Positions 1 through 9,580 of a stretch of 64,000 bases of DNA are shown here, piece by piece. How positions within the stretch are numbered: position 1 is the first letter of the stretch; every line of letters begins with the position of its first letter. Under the pieces are notes generated by a model. The model made no database searches. It worked only from the letters and a program-made list of their open reading frames with translations, and was not told the origin of the DNA. The position numbers were made by a program, and so were the translations under genes. The DNA comes from Rikenellaceae bacterium (GTDB lineage Bacteria > Bacteroidota > Bacteroidia > Bacteroidales > Rikenellaceae): contig JAWXTS010000003.1 in NCBI GenBank assembly GCA_044433305.1, positions 417 to 64,416 of the forward strand, written 5' to 3'.

Positions 1-20
1 TTATTTATTAAGTCAAATGT

Positions 21-1193
21 CTAGCTCAAGAAACCAAGCAAGATACCTGCTGCAACCGCACTACCGATAACACCAGCAACATTTGGTGCCATAGCGTGCA
101 TAAGCAAGAAGTTGCTTCTATCATAGCTGCTACCCACATCTTGAGATACACGCGCCGCAGCTGGAACAGCCGACACACCCGAATTTCCGATAAGTGGATT
201 AATCTTACCATCCTTAGGCATAAACAAGTTCATAATCTTAACAAAGATAACACCTGTTGCACTAGCGATAACAAAGGCTACCGCACCCATAAGGAAGATG
301 TAGATAGATTTGGTTGTAAGGAAAGATGTAGCCTGAGTAGACACACCAACCGTAAAACCAAGAAGTATGGTAACGATATCTATCATAGAGTTGCTTGCCG
401 TAGTAGCCAAACGTTTTGTAACGCCACACTCTTTAAGCAGATTACCAAAGAACAACACACCCAAAAGCGGAATACCCGACGGCACAATAAAGGCCGTAAA
501 GACTATACCCACAATAGGGAAAAGAATCTTCTCAAACTGAGAAACCTGACGTGGAGGTTTCATGCGAATAAGACGCTCTTTTGGAGTTGTAAGAAGGCGC
601 ATTACTGGTGGCTGAATAACGGGCACCAATGCCATATAAGAATAAGCCGAAATCGAGATAGCACCCAAAAGCTCTGGAGCAAGCTTACCAGCAAGGAAGA
701 TAGCCGTAGGACCATCAGCACCACCGATAATGGCGATAGCACCAGCCTCAGCAGCATTGAAGTCCAAAGCAAGAGCACCCATGTAAGTAGCAAAGATACC
801 AAACTGAGCAGCCGCACCTACAAGCATAAGTTTAGGGTTAGAGATAAGGGCCGAGAAATCAGTCATTGCACCAATACCTAGGAATACTAGCGGCGGGTAG
901 ATACCCTTAGAAACGCCAAAGTAGAGATAATTAAGCACTGTGCCGTGCTCATAGATACCGATTTCATAACCCGGAACAAACGGGATATTACCTACGATGA
1001 TACCAAATCCGATTGGCACCAACAACATAGGCTCAAACTTCTTCGCTATGGCAAGGAAAAGGAATATCATACCCACAAGAATCATAATCACATGACCAGA
1101 GGTTACATTCGCAAAACCCGTGATAGAAACAAATTGTTTGATGTTTTCAACTATAAACGAAAAGAATCCGTTATTTTGTAGCAGAGTCCACAT
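21..1193 (-). CDS. mmdB: Na+-translocating decarboxylase beta subunit (methylmalonyl-CoA/oxaloacetate decarboxylase pump subunit)
   Basis: 390-aa polytopic membrane ORF with OadB/MmdB-type blocks IIGGADGPT and NPLIGNSGVSAVP. Last gene of the mce-mmdA-oadG-BCCP-beta cluster. Confidence 0.9.
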   Translation of the reverse strand: MWTLLQNNGFFSFIVENIKQFVSITGFANVTSGHVIMILVGMIFLFLAIAKKFEPMLLVPIGFGIIVGNIPFVPGYEIGIYEHGTVLNYLYFGVSKGIYPPLVFLGIGAMTDFSALISNPKLMLVGAAAQFGIFATYMGALALDFNAAEAGAIAIIGGADGPTAIFLAGKLAPELLGAISISAYSYMALVPVIQPPVMRLLTTPKERLIRMKPPRQVSQFEKILFPIVGIVFTAFIVPSGIPLLGVLFFGNLLKECGVTKRLATTASNSMIDIVTILLGFTVGVSTQATSFLTTKSIYIFLMGAVAFVIASATGVIFVKIMNLFMPKDGKINPLIGNSGVSAVPAAARVSQDVGSSYDRSNFLLMHAMAPNVAGVIGSAVAAGILLGFLS

Positions 1194-1195
1194 AG

Positions 1196-1642
1196 CTATT
1201 CAAGCGTTATTAGCAACTCGCCCTCAAGAACTGAGTCACCTTTATTAATGTGTATTGATTTAACAGTACCTTCTTTGTCTGAATCGATATTGTTCTCCAT
1301 TTTCATGGCCTCAAGAATCATCAAAGGAGTACCTACTTTTACAACATCACCAACATTAACCTTAATGTCTAAGGCAACACCTGGAAGTGGCGAGTGTATG
1401 CTCTTACCTGCCGAGCTTGGTTTTGGAGCAGCATTAGAAGTTTTGGCCACACCAGCGTGGTGATCCGTAGATGCCACAGCAACAGTCTGAGCTAGTTTTG
1501 GAGTCTTAGGCTTTGCCTTTAGACCGTCAATCTCTACGTTGTATTTAGTATTGTTTACTGACACAACCGCGATATTGTCTTCGATACTATCAACAGTAAC
1601 ATTATATGGGGTACCGTTGATTTTTAGTTTATATTGTTTCAT
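1196..1642 (-). CDS. mmdC: Biotin carboxyl carrier subunit of the decarboxylase
   Basis: 148 aa. C-terminal biotinyl/lipoyl domain with EAMKMEN (biotinyl-Lys) motif and an Ala/Pro-rich linker. 2 nt from the beta subunit. Confidence 0.88.
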   Translation of the reverse strand: MKQYKLKINGTPYNVTVDSIEDNIAVVSVNNTKYNVEIDGLKAKPKTPKLAQTVAVASTDHHAGVAKTSNAAPKPSSAGKSIHSPLPGVALDIKVNVGDVVKVGTPLMILEAMKMENNIDSDKEGTVKSIHINKGDSVLEGELLITLE

Positions 1643-1648
1643 CTCTAA

Positions 1649-2143
1649 TTATTTTTTTATGTAAGGAGATTGTCTAAGACCGTGAATCTTAGAGTTCCAT
1701 GGTGAGTAAGCTTTAGCCACACGATTGATAGTAAGTACTGTTGACTCTTTATCATGCATGTCATTTTCATACATCTGAATAGCAAGAGTTATCGCTGCTG
1801 CAATCTCACCACTAAATACAGACTTAGCATCTTCATTGTGGTGTTCAATGTGTTTGGCAACGCTTTTCTTTCTTCTCTTCTCATTCCACATCATAATCAT
1901 ACCGATACTGCGGAACACAACGTACAACAAGAACAAAGATGAAAATACCACACTCATCGAAGTAACAGCCAGACCTATACCATAAGGGTCTGATTCCAGA
2001 ATCCTCTCATGGTTAGGCGTGTCTTTCTGCACAGTGGTTGCGTGCGCTGATGCCGGAGCTGCAGCCTCAGCTGCCATAAGGCCCGAACCTAGCACAAACA
2101 CTAGCAAAAAGGTCAATAATAATTTCTTAAACACTTTCTCCAT
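1649..2143 (-). CDS. OadG-family small membrane subunit of the decarboxylase (delta/gamma-like)
   Basis: 164 aa with an N-terminal signal/TM, a central TM helix and a basic stretch after the TM. Sits between the carboxyltransferase and BCCP genes with 2-6 nt spacers. Confidence 0.6.
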   Translation of the reverse strand: MEKVFKKLLLTFLLVFVLGSGLMAAEAAAPASAHATTVQKDTPNHERILESDPYGIGLAVTSMSVVFSSLFLLYVVFRSIGMIMMWNEKRRKKSVAKHIEHHNEDAKSVFSGEIAAAITLAIQMYENDMHDKESTVLTINRVAKAYSPWNSKIHGLRQSPYIKK

Positions 2144-2145
2144 AA

Positions 2146-3708
2146 TTACATAGGTATATTAGAGTGTTTCTTTGGAGGGTTAGCAAGACGCTTAGTAGAC
2201 AATGATTGCAAAGCGCGAATCACACGGAAACGTGTATTACGTGGCTCGATAACATCGTCGATATAGCCGTATTTGGCAGCCTCATAAGGATTTGCAAAGG
2301 CATCACGATACTCGTTCTCTTTCTCTGCGATAAACTCTTTTCTCTTATCTGCATCCTCGATAGCCGCTGCCTCGCGTGCAGAAAGAATCTCTGTTGCACC
2401 TTGAGGACCCATCACTGCAATCTCACCCGTAGGCCAAGAGTAGTTGATGTCACCACGAAGGTGTTTAGAGCTCATCACACAGTAAGCACCACCATAAGCC
2501 TTACGCAAGATAACTGTTACTTTAGGTACAGTAGCCTCGCCATAAGCGAACAGAAGTTTCGCTCCGTGAAGGATGATACCACCATATTCTTGAGTTGTAC
2601 CAGGCAAGAATCCAGGAACGTCAACCAAGGTTACGATAGGAATATTGAAAGCATCGCAGAAACGTACAAAGCGAGCTGCCTTACGAGAGGCATTGATATC
2701 TAGCACACCTGCCATGCTCTTAGGCTGGTTGGCTACGATACCCACGCTCTGACCGTTGAAGCGAGCAAAACCAGTAACCATGTTTGGAGCAAATAGGCGT
2801 TGGCTCTCTAGGAACTCACCACCATCCACAATACCATGGATTACATCCAACACATCGTAAGGTTTGTTAGGGTTATCAGGAATAATCTCGTTCAAAGAAT
2901 CTTCTAGGCGGTCGATAGCATCAGCACATACCGCAAGTGGAGTGTCCTCCATATTATTTTGAGGCAAGTAGCTAAGAAGCTTTCTTACCATTGCTAGTCC
3001 GTCCTCCTCGTTGTCTACTACGAAGTGAGCCACGCCACTTTTAGCAGCATGAACAGAAGCACCACCAAGCTGCTCTTGAGTCACATCCTCGCCAATTACG
3101 GTCTTAACAACTTTAGGGCCTGTAAGGAACATATAGCTAGTGCCTTGACTCATGATGATAAAGTCAGTAAGGGCTGGAGAGTAAACCGCACCACCAGCAC
3201 AAGGGCCGAAGATAGCAGAGATTTGAGGTATAACACCCGAAGCAAGGATATTGCGTTGGAAGATTTCTGTATAACCTGCAAGAGCATTAACGCCCTCTTG
3301 GATACGAGCACCACCCGAGTCATTGATACCAATAATTGGAGCACCATTTTTCATGGCTACATCCATCACCTTACAGATTTTCTCGGCCATTGTTATAGAC
3401 AATGAACCACCGAACACTGTAAAGTCTTGTGCAAAAACATATACCAAACGACCGTCAACAGTACCATATCCTGTTACCACGCCATCGCCATAGTAAGACT
3501 CTTTTTCGATGCCAAAGTTATGACAACGGTGCTTTACAAACATACCAAACTCTTCAAAGCTTCCCTCGTCTAGGAAGGCCTCGATTCTCTCTCTAGCAGT
3601 GCTTTTGCCTTTAGCATGCTGAGAGTCGATACGTTTCTGGCCTCCACCTAGCTTGGCTTCTTCGCGGTGCTTGATAAGGTCCCTTATTTTATCTTGATTG
3701 CTGCTCAT
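2146..3708 (-). CDS. mmdA: Methylmalonyl-CoA decarboxylase alpha subunit (acyl-CoA carboxyltransferase)
   Basis: 520 aa, PccB/MmdA carboxyltransferase family over its whole length ([18 protein letters not shown] blocks). Confidence 0.92.
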   Translation of the reverse strand: MSSNQDKIRDLIKHREEAKLGGGQKRIDSQHAKGKSTARERIEAFLDEGSFEEFGMFVKHRCHNFGIEKESYYGDGVVTGYGTVDGRLVYVFAQDFTVFGGSLSITMAEKICKVMDVAMKNGAPIIGINDSGGARIQEGVNALAGYTEIFQRNILASGVIPQISAIFGPCAGGAVYSPALTDFIIMSQGTSYMFLTGPKVVKTVIGEDVTQEQLGGASVHAAKSGVAHFVVDNEEDGLAMVRKLLSYLPQNNMEDTPLAVCADAIDRLEDSLNEIIPDNPNKPYDVLDVIHGIVDGGEFLESQRLFAPNMVTGFARFNGQSVGIVANQPKSMAGVLDINASRKAARFVRFCDAFNIPIVTLVDVPGFLPGTTQEYGGIILHGAKLLFAYGEATVPKVTVILRKAYGGAYCVMSSKHLRGDINYSWPTGEIAVMGPQGATEILSAREAAAIEDADKRKEFIAEKENEYRDAFANPYEAAKYGYIDDVIEPRNTRFRVIRALQSLSTKRLANPPKKHSNIPM

Positions 3709-3734
3709 CTTGAAAGTTAATTATAAAGTCGTTA

Positions 3735-4148
3735 TTATTTGTTGTTTTTGTCTTCACAAAGTTCTGTCAACACACCAAAAGTTGATTTTGGGTGCAAGAA
3801 AGCGATACTCAAACCCTCGGCACCACCGCGTGGAGCTTTGTCGATAAGGCGGATGCCACTCTCTTCTGCCTGACCAAGAGCGTTCTCTATTCCATCAACA
3901 GCAAATGCTAGGTGATGTACGCCCTCGCCTTTGTTCTCGATAAACTTGCCTACTGCGCTGTCAGCCTCTGTTGGCTCTAGAAGTTCGATTTTGGTTTGTC
4001 CAACTTTAAAGAAAGCTGTTTTTACTTTTTGTTCTTTTACTTCCTCGATGTTGTAGCATTTTGTACCTAGAAGCTGCTCCCAATAAGGAATCGACACCGC
4101 TAGATCTTTAACTGCGATACCGATGTGTTCGATGTGACTAATTTCCAT
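3735..4148 (-). CDS. mce: Methylmalonyl-CoA epimerase (VOC/glyoxalase fold)
   Basis: 137 aa. HIGIAV ... GVHHLAF metal-ligand pattern of the epimerase family. First gene of the mmd operon. Confidence 0.85.
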   Translation of the reverse strand: MEISHIEHIGIAVKDLAVSIPYWEQLLGTKCYNIEEVKEQKVKTAFFKVGQTKIELLEPTEADSAVGKFIENKGEGVHHLAFAVDGIENALGQAEESGIRLIDKAPRGGAEGLSIAFLHPKSTFGVLTELCEDKNNK

Positions 4149-4206
4149 TTTATGTTATTTTTAGTATTTTAAGAGTCAATTCTTTCACGTGTTTTTTAAC
4201 ACCCCA

Positions 4207-4214
4207 CAAAAGTA
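4207..4214 (-). promoter_or_regulatory. Bacteroidetes-type -7 promoter box (TACTTTTG) for the mce-mmd operon
   Basis: Exact match to TAnnTTTG on the minus strand, about 59 nt upstream of the mce ATG and just downstream of the terminator of the preceding gene. Confidence 0.55.
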
Positions 4215-4317
4215 TATCTTTTATATCGGATTTTGAAATTAATATTTCACTTTTTTTTAATATTTAGAGAATTATTTTTTAATGTTATTTTTACATGCGG
4301 CATTTTCACCACTAGGC

Positions 4318-4356
4318 ACAAAAAAAGGATGGGCAAAATCTCTTTCATCCATCCTT
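4318..4356 (-). terminator. Rho-independent terminator after the acyltransferase gene
   Basis: Minus strand reads AAGGATGG-16 nt-CCATCCTT followed by TTTTTTT. Starts 7 nt after the stop at 4363. Confidence 0.75.
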
Positions 4357-4362
4357 AATATA

Positions 4363-5184
4363 TTATTTTTGTTTGCGCATCTGATAAACCCTATCGCGAA
4401 CCATCTGGGCATCCTGTTTAAGGTTCCTACTACTTTCAAACTCGGCGTAAGGCATAGGCTCACCGAAACAAATCTCGAAACGACCGCCTTGCTGCTTATA
4501 CATCTCGTCAACAAGATACAACATCTCTATATTAAATTTAACTCCTAGATTCTTGCGAAGGTTGGATAGACGATAGAAAAATTTAGACAGCTGACCATCA
4601 AAATACACAGGCACTATATCGCGCTTGCTCTTTATGGCGTCTTTGAGGAAAGTGGTCTTCCATGGCAAATCAACAATCTCTCCGCCTATCTTGCGCGAGC
4701 ACAAGCCCGCAGGAAACGAAGCCATCGCAGCATCACTATTCATAGCCTCACGAAAACGTGCCAGCACCTCACGCGACTGTCCTCCATGCTTGTTCACCGG
4801 AACAAACAAGTCGTGCATAGGAGTAATGTTCATCAGCAGGTCATTTGCCACTATCATAGCCTCGCCAAAATATTCTGCCAGCTCATCCACGAGCATCATG
4901 CCATCTAGCCCTCCAAAAGGATGATTAGACACAAACAGATAACGTCCCGACTTGGGCAATTTATCAAGCCCCACAGAGCAGAACTTTATATCTAGATAAT
5001 CAAAGCAGCCACGCACAAATTCTATCCCAGGTTTATGTCCATGAAGCTCCAGAATCTCATTAAGTTCTTTTTGATGAACAATACGCTCAAGGTATCGAAT
5101 AAGGAAAGATGGGGTAAATCGCGCCAGCTTTTTGCTCTTAGACTCAAGAACACTGGCTATGTCTATGTGTAGAGTATTTTCCAT
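4363..5184 (-). CDS. Lysophospholipid/1-acylglycerol-3-phosphate acyltransferase-family protein
   Basis: 273 aa with a PlsC-like NHPFGGLDG block and an FPAG block. Exact lipid substrate cannot be called from sequence. Confidence 0.65.
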   Translation of the reverse strand: MENTLHIDIASVLESKSKKLARFTPSFLIRYLERIVHQKELNEILELHGHKPGIEFVRGCFDYLDIKFCSVGLDKLPKSGRYLFVSNHPFGGLDGMMLVDELAEYFGEAMIVANDLLMNITPMHDLFVPVNKHGGQSREVLARFREAMNSDAAMASFPAGLCSRKIGGEIVDLPWKTTFLKDAIKSKRDIVPVYFDGQLSKFFYRLSNLRKNLGVKFNIEMLYLVDEMYKQQGGRFEICFGEPMPYAEFESSRNLKQDAQMVRDRVYQMRKQK

Positions 5185-5203
5185 TTCTTCAAAAATGTTT
5201 ATG

Positions 5204-5211
5204 CAAAGATA
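5204..5211 (-). promoter_or_regulatory. -7 promoter box (TATCTTTG) for the acyltransferase gene
   Basis: TAnnTTTG match on the minus strand, 20 nt upstream of the ATG at 5184. Confidence 0.5.
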
Positions 5212-5242
5212 AAAAAAATGTCATAATTTTAGTCAAAATTCG

Positions 5243-5250
5243 TACTTTTG
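5243..5250 (+). promoter_or_regulatory. -7 promoter box (TACTTTTG) for rsmH-ftsL-ftsI
   Basis: TAnnTTTG match ending 8 nt before the rsmH ATG (5259), which implies a very short or absent leader. Confidence 0.55.
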
Positions 5251-5258
5251 CAGTTAAT

Positions 5259-6173
5259 ATGGCAGAAACTTATCACATACCAGTAATGCTCCACCAGAGC
5301 ATAGACGCTTTGGATATAAATCCAGAGGGCATTTACGTAGACGTAACCTTTGGCGGAGGCGGTCACTCGCGCGAGATACTAAACCGTCTTGGCGACAAGG
5401 GACAGCTATTTAGCTTTGACCAAGACCAAGATACACGCGCAAATATAATCGACGATGAGCGTTTCAACTATGTCGAGAGCAACTTCCGTTTCTTGCGCGG
5501 AGCACTGCGCCTGCGTGGAGTCGAGAGTGTGGATGGCATACTAGCCGATTTGGGCGTCTCGTCTCACCATTTTGATTGTAGCCAGCGAGGGTTCTCGTTC
5601 CGCTTTGATGGCCCTCTCGACATGCGTATGAATCAGAGCGGCGGCTTTACAGCAGCCGATGTGGTTAACACCTACGAGCAAGAACGACTGATTAAGGTGC
5701 TACGTGAGTATGGCGAGCTGGATAATGCCTTTAAGTCGGCCTGCTCGATAATAAATTATAGAGAAACAAAACCACTAGCAACTATAAACGATTTGATTGA
5801 GGCCGTGGCCCCTGCAACACCTCGTGCCAGCGAAAGCAAGTACTATGCAAAGCTATTCCAAGCCCTACGCATAGAGGTCAACCGCGAGCTAGAGGCCCTA
5901 AAGATGATGCTTGAGCAGTCGTTGAAGGTGTTGAAACCAGGTGGCGTGCTCTCGGTAATAACATACCACTCGCTTGAGGACCGCCTAGTAAAGAACTTTA
6001 TGCGCAGCGGCAACTTCGAGGGCAAGATAGAAAAAGACTTCTATGGCCATGTACAGACACCTTTCAAACTTGTGTTCCGCAAGGCCCTGCCACCAACACC
6101 AGAGGAAATTGAAATCAACTCACGCTCGCGCAGTGCCAAGCTACGCGCAGCAATAAAAATAGAACAAAAGTAA
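5259..6173 (+). CDS. rsmH: 16S rRNA (cytosine1402-N4)-methyltransferase
   Basis: 304 aa. MraW family: HIPVML start and DVTFGGGGHS SAM loop. Followed by ftsL and ftsI. Confidence 0.95.
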   Translation: MAETYHIPVMLHQSIDALDINPEGIYVDVTFGGGGHSREILNRLGDKGQLFSFDQDQDTRANIIDDERFNYVESNFRFLRGALRLRGVESVDGILADLGVSSHHFDCSQRGFSFRFDGPLDMRMNQSGGFTAADVVNTYEQERLIKVLREYGELDNAFKSACSIINYRETKPLATINDLIEAVAPATPRASESKYYAKLFQALRIEVNRELEALKMMLEQSLKVLKPGGVLSVITYHSLEDRLVKNFMRSGNFEGKIEKDFYGHVQTPFKLVFRKALPPTPEEIEINSRSRSAKLRAAIKIEQK

Positions 6174-6175
6174 CT

Positions 6176-6685
6176 ATGAGCATACCTAACCAAAGAGTGA
6201 GGCCTAGCAGAACTCCGTCTAGACCTACGCAGAAACGACGCAGAAGAACTGAACAACATCAGGTCTCGGCTCGTGGCATGGTTAGACCTAAGCCCAAAGA
6301 AAAGAAGCCTAGCAAGATAGTTAACACATACATTCCCCGCATGATAAGCGATATGTCAACGGGAGGTTTCTTCAAACGCTACAACCTCGACAGATATTAT
6401 ATATGGATAGTGGCACTGACCGTTTGTTCTACTATATACATAGCCAACACCTTCAGCATACATAAGCTATATTATCAAGAAACAAAACTCAACGAGCAGC
6501 TCAAAGAACTGAGAGCCAAGTCGCTTAGCTTTGCAGCCATAAAGATGTCGGCCACGCGCGAGAGTGCTATCTATGAACAAATAGTTAAACGAAACATACC
6601 ACTCGTCTATCCCAAGACACCTCCATTAGTAATAGAAGTTCCACAAAAGATACAAACCACAATAGCAGAGTCAGATAATGAGTAA
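6176..6685 (+). CDS. ftsL: FtsL-like cell-division protein
   Basis: 169 aa. Arg/Lys/Pro-rich N-terminus, a single TM (YYIWIVALTVCSTIYIANTF), then a coiled-coil. Canonical position between rsmH and ftsI, with an 8-nt overlap with ftsI. Confidence 0.6.
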   Translation: MSIPNQRVRPSRTPSRPTQKRRRRTEQHQVSARGMVRPKPKEKKPSKIVNTYIPRMISDMSTGGFFKRYNLDRYYIWIVALTVCSTIYIANTFSIHKLYYQETKLNEQLKELRAKSLSFAAIKMSATRESAIYEQIVKRNIPLVYPKTPPLVIEVPQKIQTTIAESDNE

Positions 6686-8834
6686 TCTTTCAGATATAGA
6701 GAAACAACAGAAGACAAGTGCTCGCGCATCAAACATATACACTGCCATATTCATATTTGGAATCCTTATCATTATAAAGGTGCTAGTCACTCAGTTTGGG
6801 CAAAACGGTGATGCTCTCAGAGAAAAAGCCAGAGACCTCAACTACAAACCCAAAGAACTAGAAGCTTTTAGAGGAGACATACTCTCACATGATGGCCGCC
6901 TGCTGGCATCTTCTGTGCCCCAATATGAAATACGTATGGACTTTCAGGCTGGCAGCCCCAAAAACAGAGAAGCAAACTTCTATGAGAAGGTGGACTCTGT
7001 GAGTCGTTGTCTTGCAGATATGTTCAAGGATCGTACGGCCGAGGAGTATAGCGAGTTCATGAAGAATGAGTTCAAGAAAAGCAAGAACAACCGCTTTACC
7101 ATGATAGCCCCACGACGAGTGAACTACTCAGAGATGAAGGAGATTTCTAAGTTTCCTCTATTCAATCTGGGTATGTACAAATCAGGATTCATACCTTTTC
7201 AGAGATACCAGCGACTACTGCCTAATGGCTCTCTGGCTCGACGCACCATAGGATTTACCAATGCAGATGGCGTTATGCTAGGTATAGAGGGAGCCTTTGA
7301 CTCGACCCTGAGAGGTCAGGTGGGCAAAACCATGATGCAGAAAATATCAGGTAGCGTTCGTGTTCCCGTGGCCGACTCGCTGAATCTATCGCCCAAAGAC
7401 GGCAACAACGTTATAACCACCATAGATATAGATATTCAGGACATAGCCGAAACAGCTCTTAGAGAGCAGATAGAAATCGGTCAGGCCGACTGGGGCTGCG
7501 CCATACTTATGGAGGTAGAGACTGGAGACATCAGAGCCATTGCCAACCTATCTCGCCACGAGGATGGCATATACGAAGATATGAACTATGCTATGGGTTA
7601 TAGCCTAGAGCCAGGTTCTACCATCAAGCTAGCCACGCTTATCAACCTACTAGAGGTTGGTGCACCGCTCGACGAGATGTACAACACAGTTAACGGTGTG
7701 CTTAATGTAGGTAAGGGACGAGCCGTGGTTCGCGACTCACACAACGTGGGCAGAGTGAGCCTCGAGACGGGCTTTGAGCAATCTTCAAATATCGTCTTTG
7801 CCATGGCCACAGACAACTATTTTGGAGATAGAGAGGCAGAGTATGCTCAGCGACTAAAAAACATGGGGCTGGGAGAACCACTAAACATGCAGATAAAAGG
7901 CGAGGCCAAGCCAACCATATACACACCCGAGGACAAAAGGGTGTGGAACAAGACAACCCTTGTAAACATGGCCTATGGTTATGCCCTAAGGCTAACACCT
8001 CTACATACCTTATGTTTGTATAATGCTGTGGCCAACAACGGCAAGATGGTTCGCCCGCGACTGGTGACCATGACAAAACACCTAAACGACACCATAGAGA
8101 CTTTCCCCGTGAGCTACATGGCCGAGGATATATGCTCGGAGCAAACCCTGCGCACGGTGCAGCAGTGTCTTGAGAATGTAGTGACCAATGGTACGGCCAA
8201 GATGCTACAAAACCCACTGTACAGCGTTGCTGCCAAGACAGGAACAGCACAAATAGCAATAGGTCGTCAAGGTTATACCGACGCTGATGGAGGCCGCCAC
8301 TACTTGGCCTCGCTGGCTGGCTACTTCCCTGCCGACAACCCTAAATATAGCTGTATCGTAGTGCTTAAGACATATAACTCGCCTAAGAATAGACGTAAGT
8401 ACTATGGCTCTCAGCTGGCAGGTCCAGTATTCAAAGCCATAGCAGACAGGGTCTACAACACTTCGGTAGACTGGCAGCCACCAATTAAAACAACATCAAA
8501 AATTGTCTTACCAATAAAGGGGGGCAACCTACTATCAGACAGCATCAGCAGGGTGCTTGGCGTTGTTGGACAATCGAGCCAGCAAAGAACCATAACCAAC
8601 TATCACAGCAATCTCAACTCTTTGAACGATACTTTGGCCATAGTGCCCAACGTTTATGATATGGGACTGCGCGATGCACTATTTATAATCGAGAGCAACG
8701 GACTTAGGGCTACTGTCAACGGCGTTGGAGCCGTAGTAGAACAAAGTCCTCAGGCAGGCGACACCATAAATCGAGATACCCCTGTTGAGATAACTCTATC
8801 AAATCAGAAACCTAAAACAGCAAAGAAGAAATGA
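6678..8834 (+). CDS. ftsI: Class B penicillin-binding protein (division transpeptidase FtsI/PBP3) with C-terminal PASTA-like domain
   Basis: 718 aa with SxxK (STIK), SxN (SSN) and KTGT motifs, an N-terminal TM and a PASTA-like last ~65 aa. Confidence 0.92.
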   Translation: MSNLSDIEKQQKTSARASNIYTAIFIFGILIIIKVLVTQFGQNGDALREKARDLNYKPKELEAFRGDILSHDGRLLASSVPQYEIRMDFQAGSPKNREANFYEKVDSVSRCLADMFKDRTAEEYSEFMKNEFKKSKNNRFTMIAPRRVNYSEMKEISKFPLFNLGMYKSGFIPFQRYQRLLPNGSLARRTIGFTNADGVMLGIEGAFDSTLRGQVGKTMMQKISGSVRVPVADSLNLSPKDGNNVITTIDIDIQDIAETALREQIEIGQADWGCAILMEVETGDIRAIANLSRHEDGIYEDMNYAMGYSLEPGSTIKLATLINLLEVGAPLDEMYNTVNGVLNVGKGRAVVRDSHNVGRVSLETGFEQSSNIVFAMATDNYFGDREAEYAQRLKNMGLGEPLNMQIKGEAKPTIYTPEDKRVWNKTTLVNMAYGYALRLTPLHTLCLYNAVANNGKMVRPRLVTMTKHLNDTIETFPVSYMAEDICSEQTLRTVQQCLENVVTNGTAKMLQNPLYSVAAKTGTAQIAIGRQGYTDADGGRHYLASLAGYFPADNPKYSCIVVLKTYNSPKNRRKYYGSQLAGPVFKAIADRVYNTSVDWQPPIKTTSKIVLPIKGGNLLSDSISRVLGVVGQSSQQRTITNYHSNLNSLNDTLAIVPNVYDMGLRDALFIIESNGLRATVNGVGAVVEQSPQAGDTINRDTPVEITLSNQKPKTAKKK

Positions 8835-9283
8835 GAGTAGTAATCCAACGTGTTAGCAAGGCCACCCTGTATGTAGATGGAGTTTTCCACAACAGCATAG
8901 ACCAAGGAATGTTGGTTCTCTCGTGCTTTGAGCAGAGCGATACCAAAGAAGATTTGGAGTGGGTAGCGGCAAAGTTGTCAAAACTTCGTATATTTGACGA
9001 CCAGAAAGGTGTTATGAACTGTTCGATAAACGATATTAATGGTCAGATGATGATAGTAAGCCAGTTTACACTTATGGCTTCAACAAAAAAAGGCAACCGC
9101 CCATCATACCTTAAGGCTGCGCCACCCGAAATATCTAAACCACTGTTCGACAGCTTTTTAAGCTTAAGTCAAAGCTACATCAACAACACTGTGGCAAGTG
9201 GAGTTTTTGGAGCCGATATGCAAATAGAATTAATAAATAATGGTCCCGTGACCATTACCATTGATTCAAAAAACAAAGAATAA
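8831..9283 (+). CDS. dtd: D-aminoacyl-tRNA deacylase
   Basis: 150 aa. MRVVIQRV start, SQFTL and NNGPVT motifs. Confidence 0.93.
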   Translation: MRVVIQRVSKATLYVDGVFHNSIDQGMLVLSCFEQSDTKEDLEWVAAKLSKLRIFDDQKGVMNCSINDINGQMMIVSQFTLMASTKKGNRPSYLKAAPPEISKPLFDSFLSLSQSYINNTVASGVFGADMQIELINNGPVTITIDSKNKE

Positions 9284-9284
9284 A

Positions 9285-9572
9285 ATGACTATACAAGAAA
9301 CCCAAGAGCTGGTTAAGGTGTGGGAAGACAAAAACAACACAACCAACAACCAACTGACAAATTTAGCACTATTGACCGAATCAATGGGCGAATTGACGCG
9401 TATAATAGCCAAGGGCTATGGTCATAACAAAATATCTAAGGCTCAGGCCAGCGAACTATCTAAGAACATAGGCGAGATAGTGTGGCGCACCATGTCCATT
9501 GCAAACCAGAGTCAGGTGGAGGTTTGTCAGGCAGTGATAGACACACTAGAGTCAAAGAATAAAACACTATAA
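9285..9572 (+). CDS. Small MazG-like nucleotide pyrophosphohydrolase-fold protein
   Basis: I placed the start at the internal Met (MTIQETQ), 1 nt after the dtd stop. All-helical ~95 aa with an L..ES.GEL block resembling the MazG EExxE helix. Confidence 0.55.
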   Translation: MTIQETQELVKVWEDKNNTTNNQLTNLALLTESMGELTRIIAKGYGHNKISKAQASELSKNIGEIVWRTMSIANQSQVEVCQAVIDTLESKNKTL

Positions 9573-9580
9573 TATAAGGT

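Noticed and set aside
96-881. 261-aa ORF on the plus strand
   Set aside because: It lies entirely antisense to the well-supported mmdB gene. The product is low-complexity, basic and rich in R/K/T/H, which is typical of a shadow ORF in the antisense frame.
4272-4548. 80- and 88-aa ORFs in and next to the mce/acyltransferase intergenic region
   Set aside because: They overlap the 3' end of the acyltransferase gene and its terminator hairpin. The sequence is AT-rich and low-complexity with no start context.
8831-9572. The dtd plus small MazG-like pair as a toxin-antitoxin or dNTP-depleting defence module
   Set aside because: dtd is a clear housekeeping enzyme. The small all-helical MazG-like gene downstream is a common conserved neighbour, and nothing else in the neighbourhood suggests defence.
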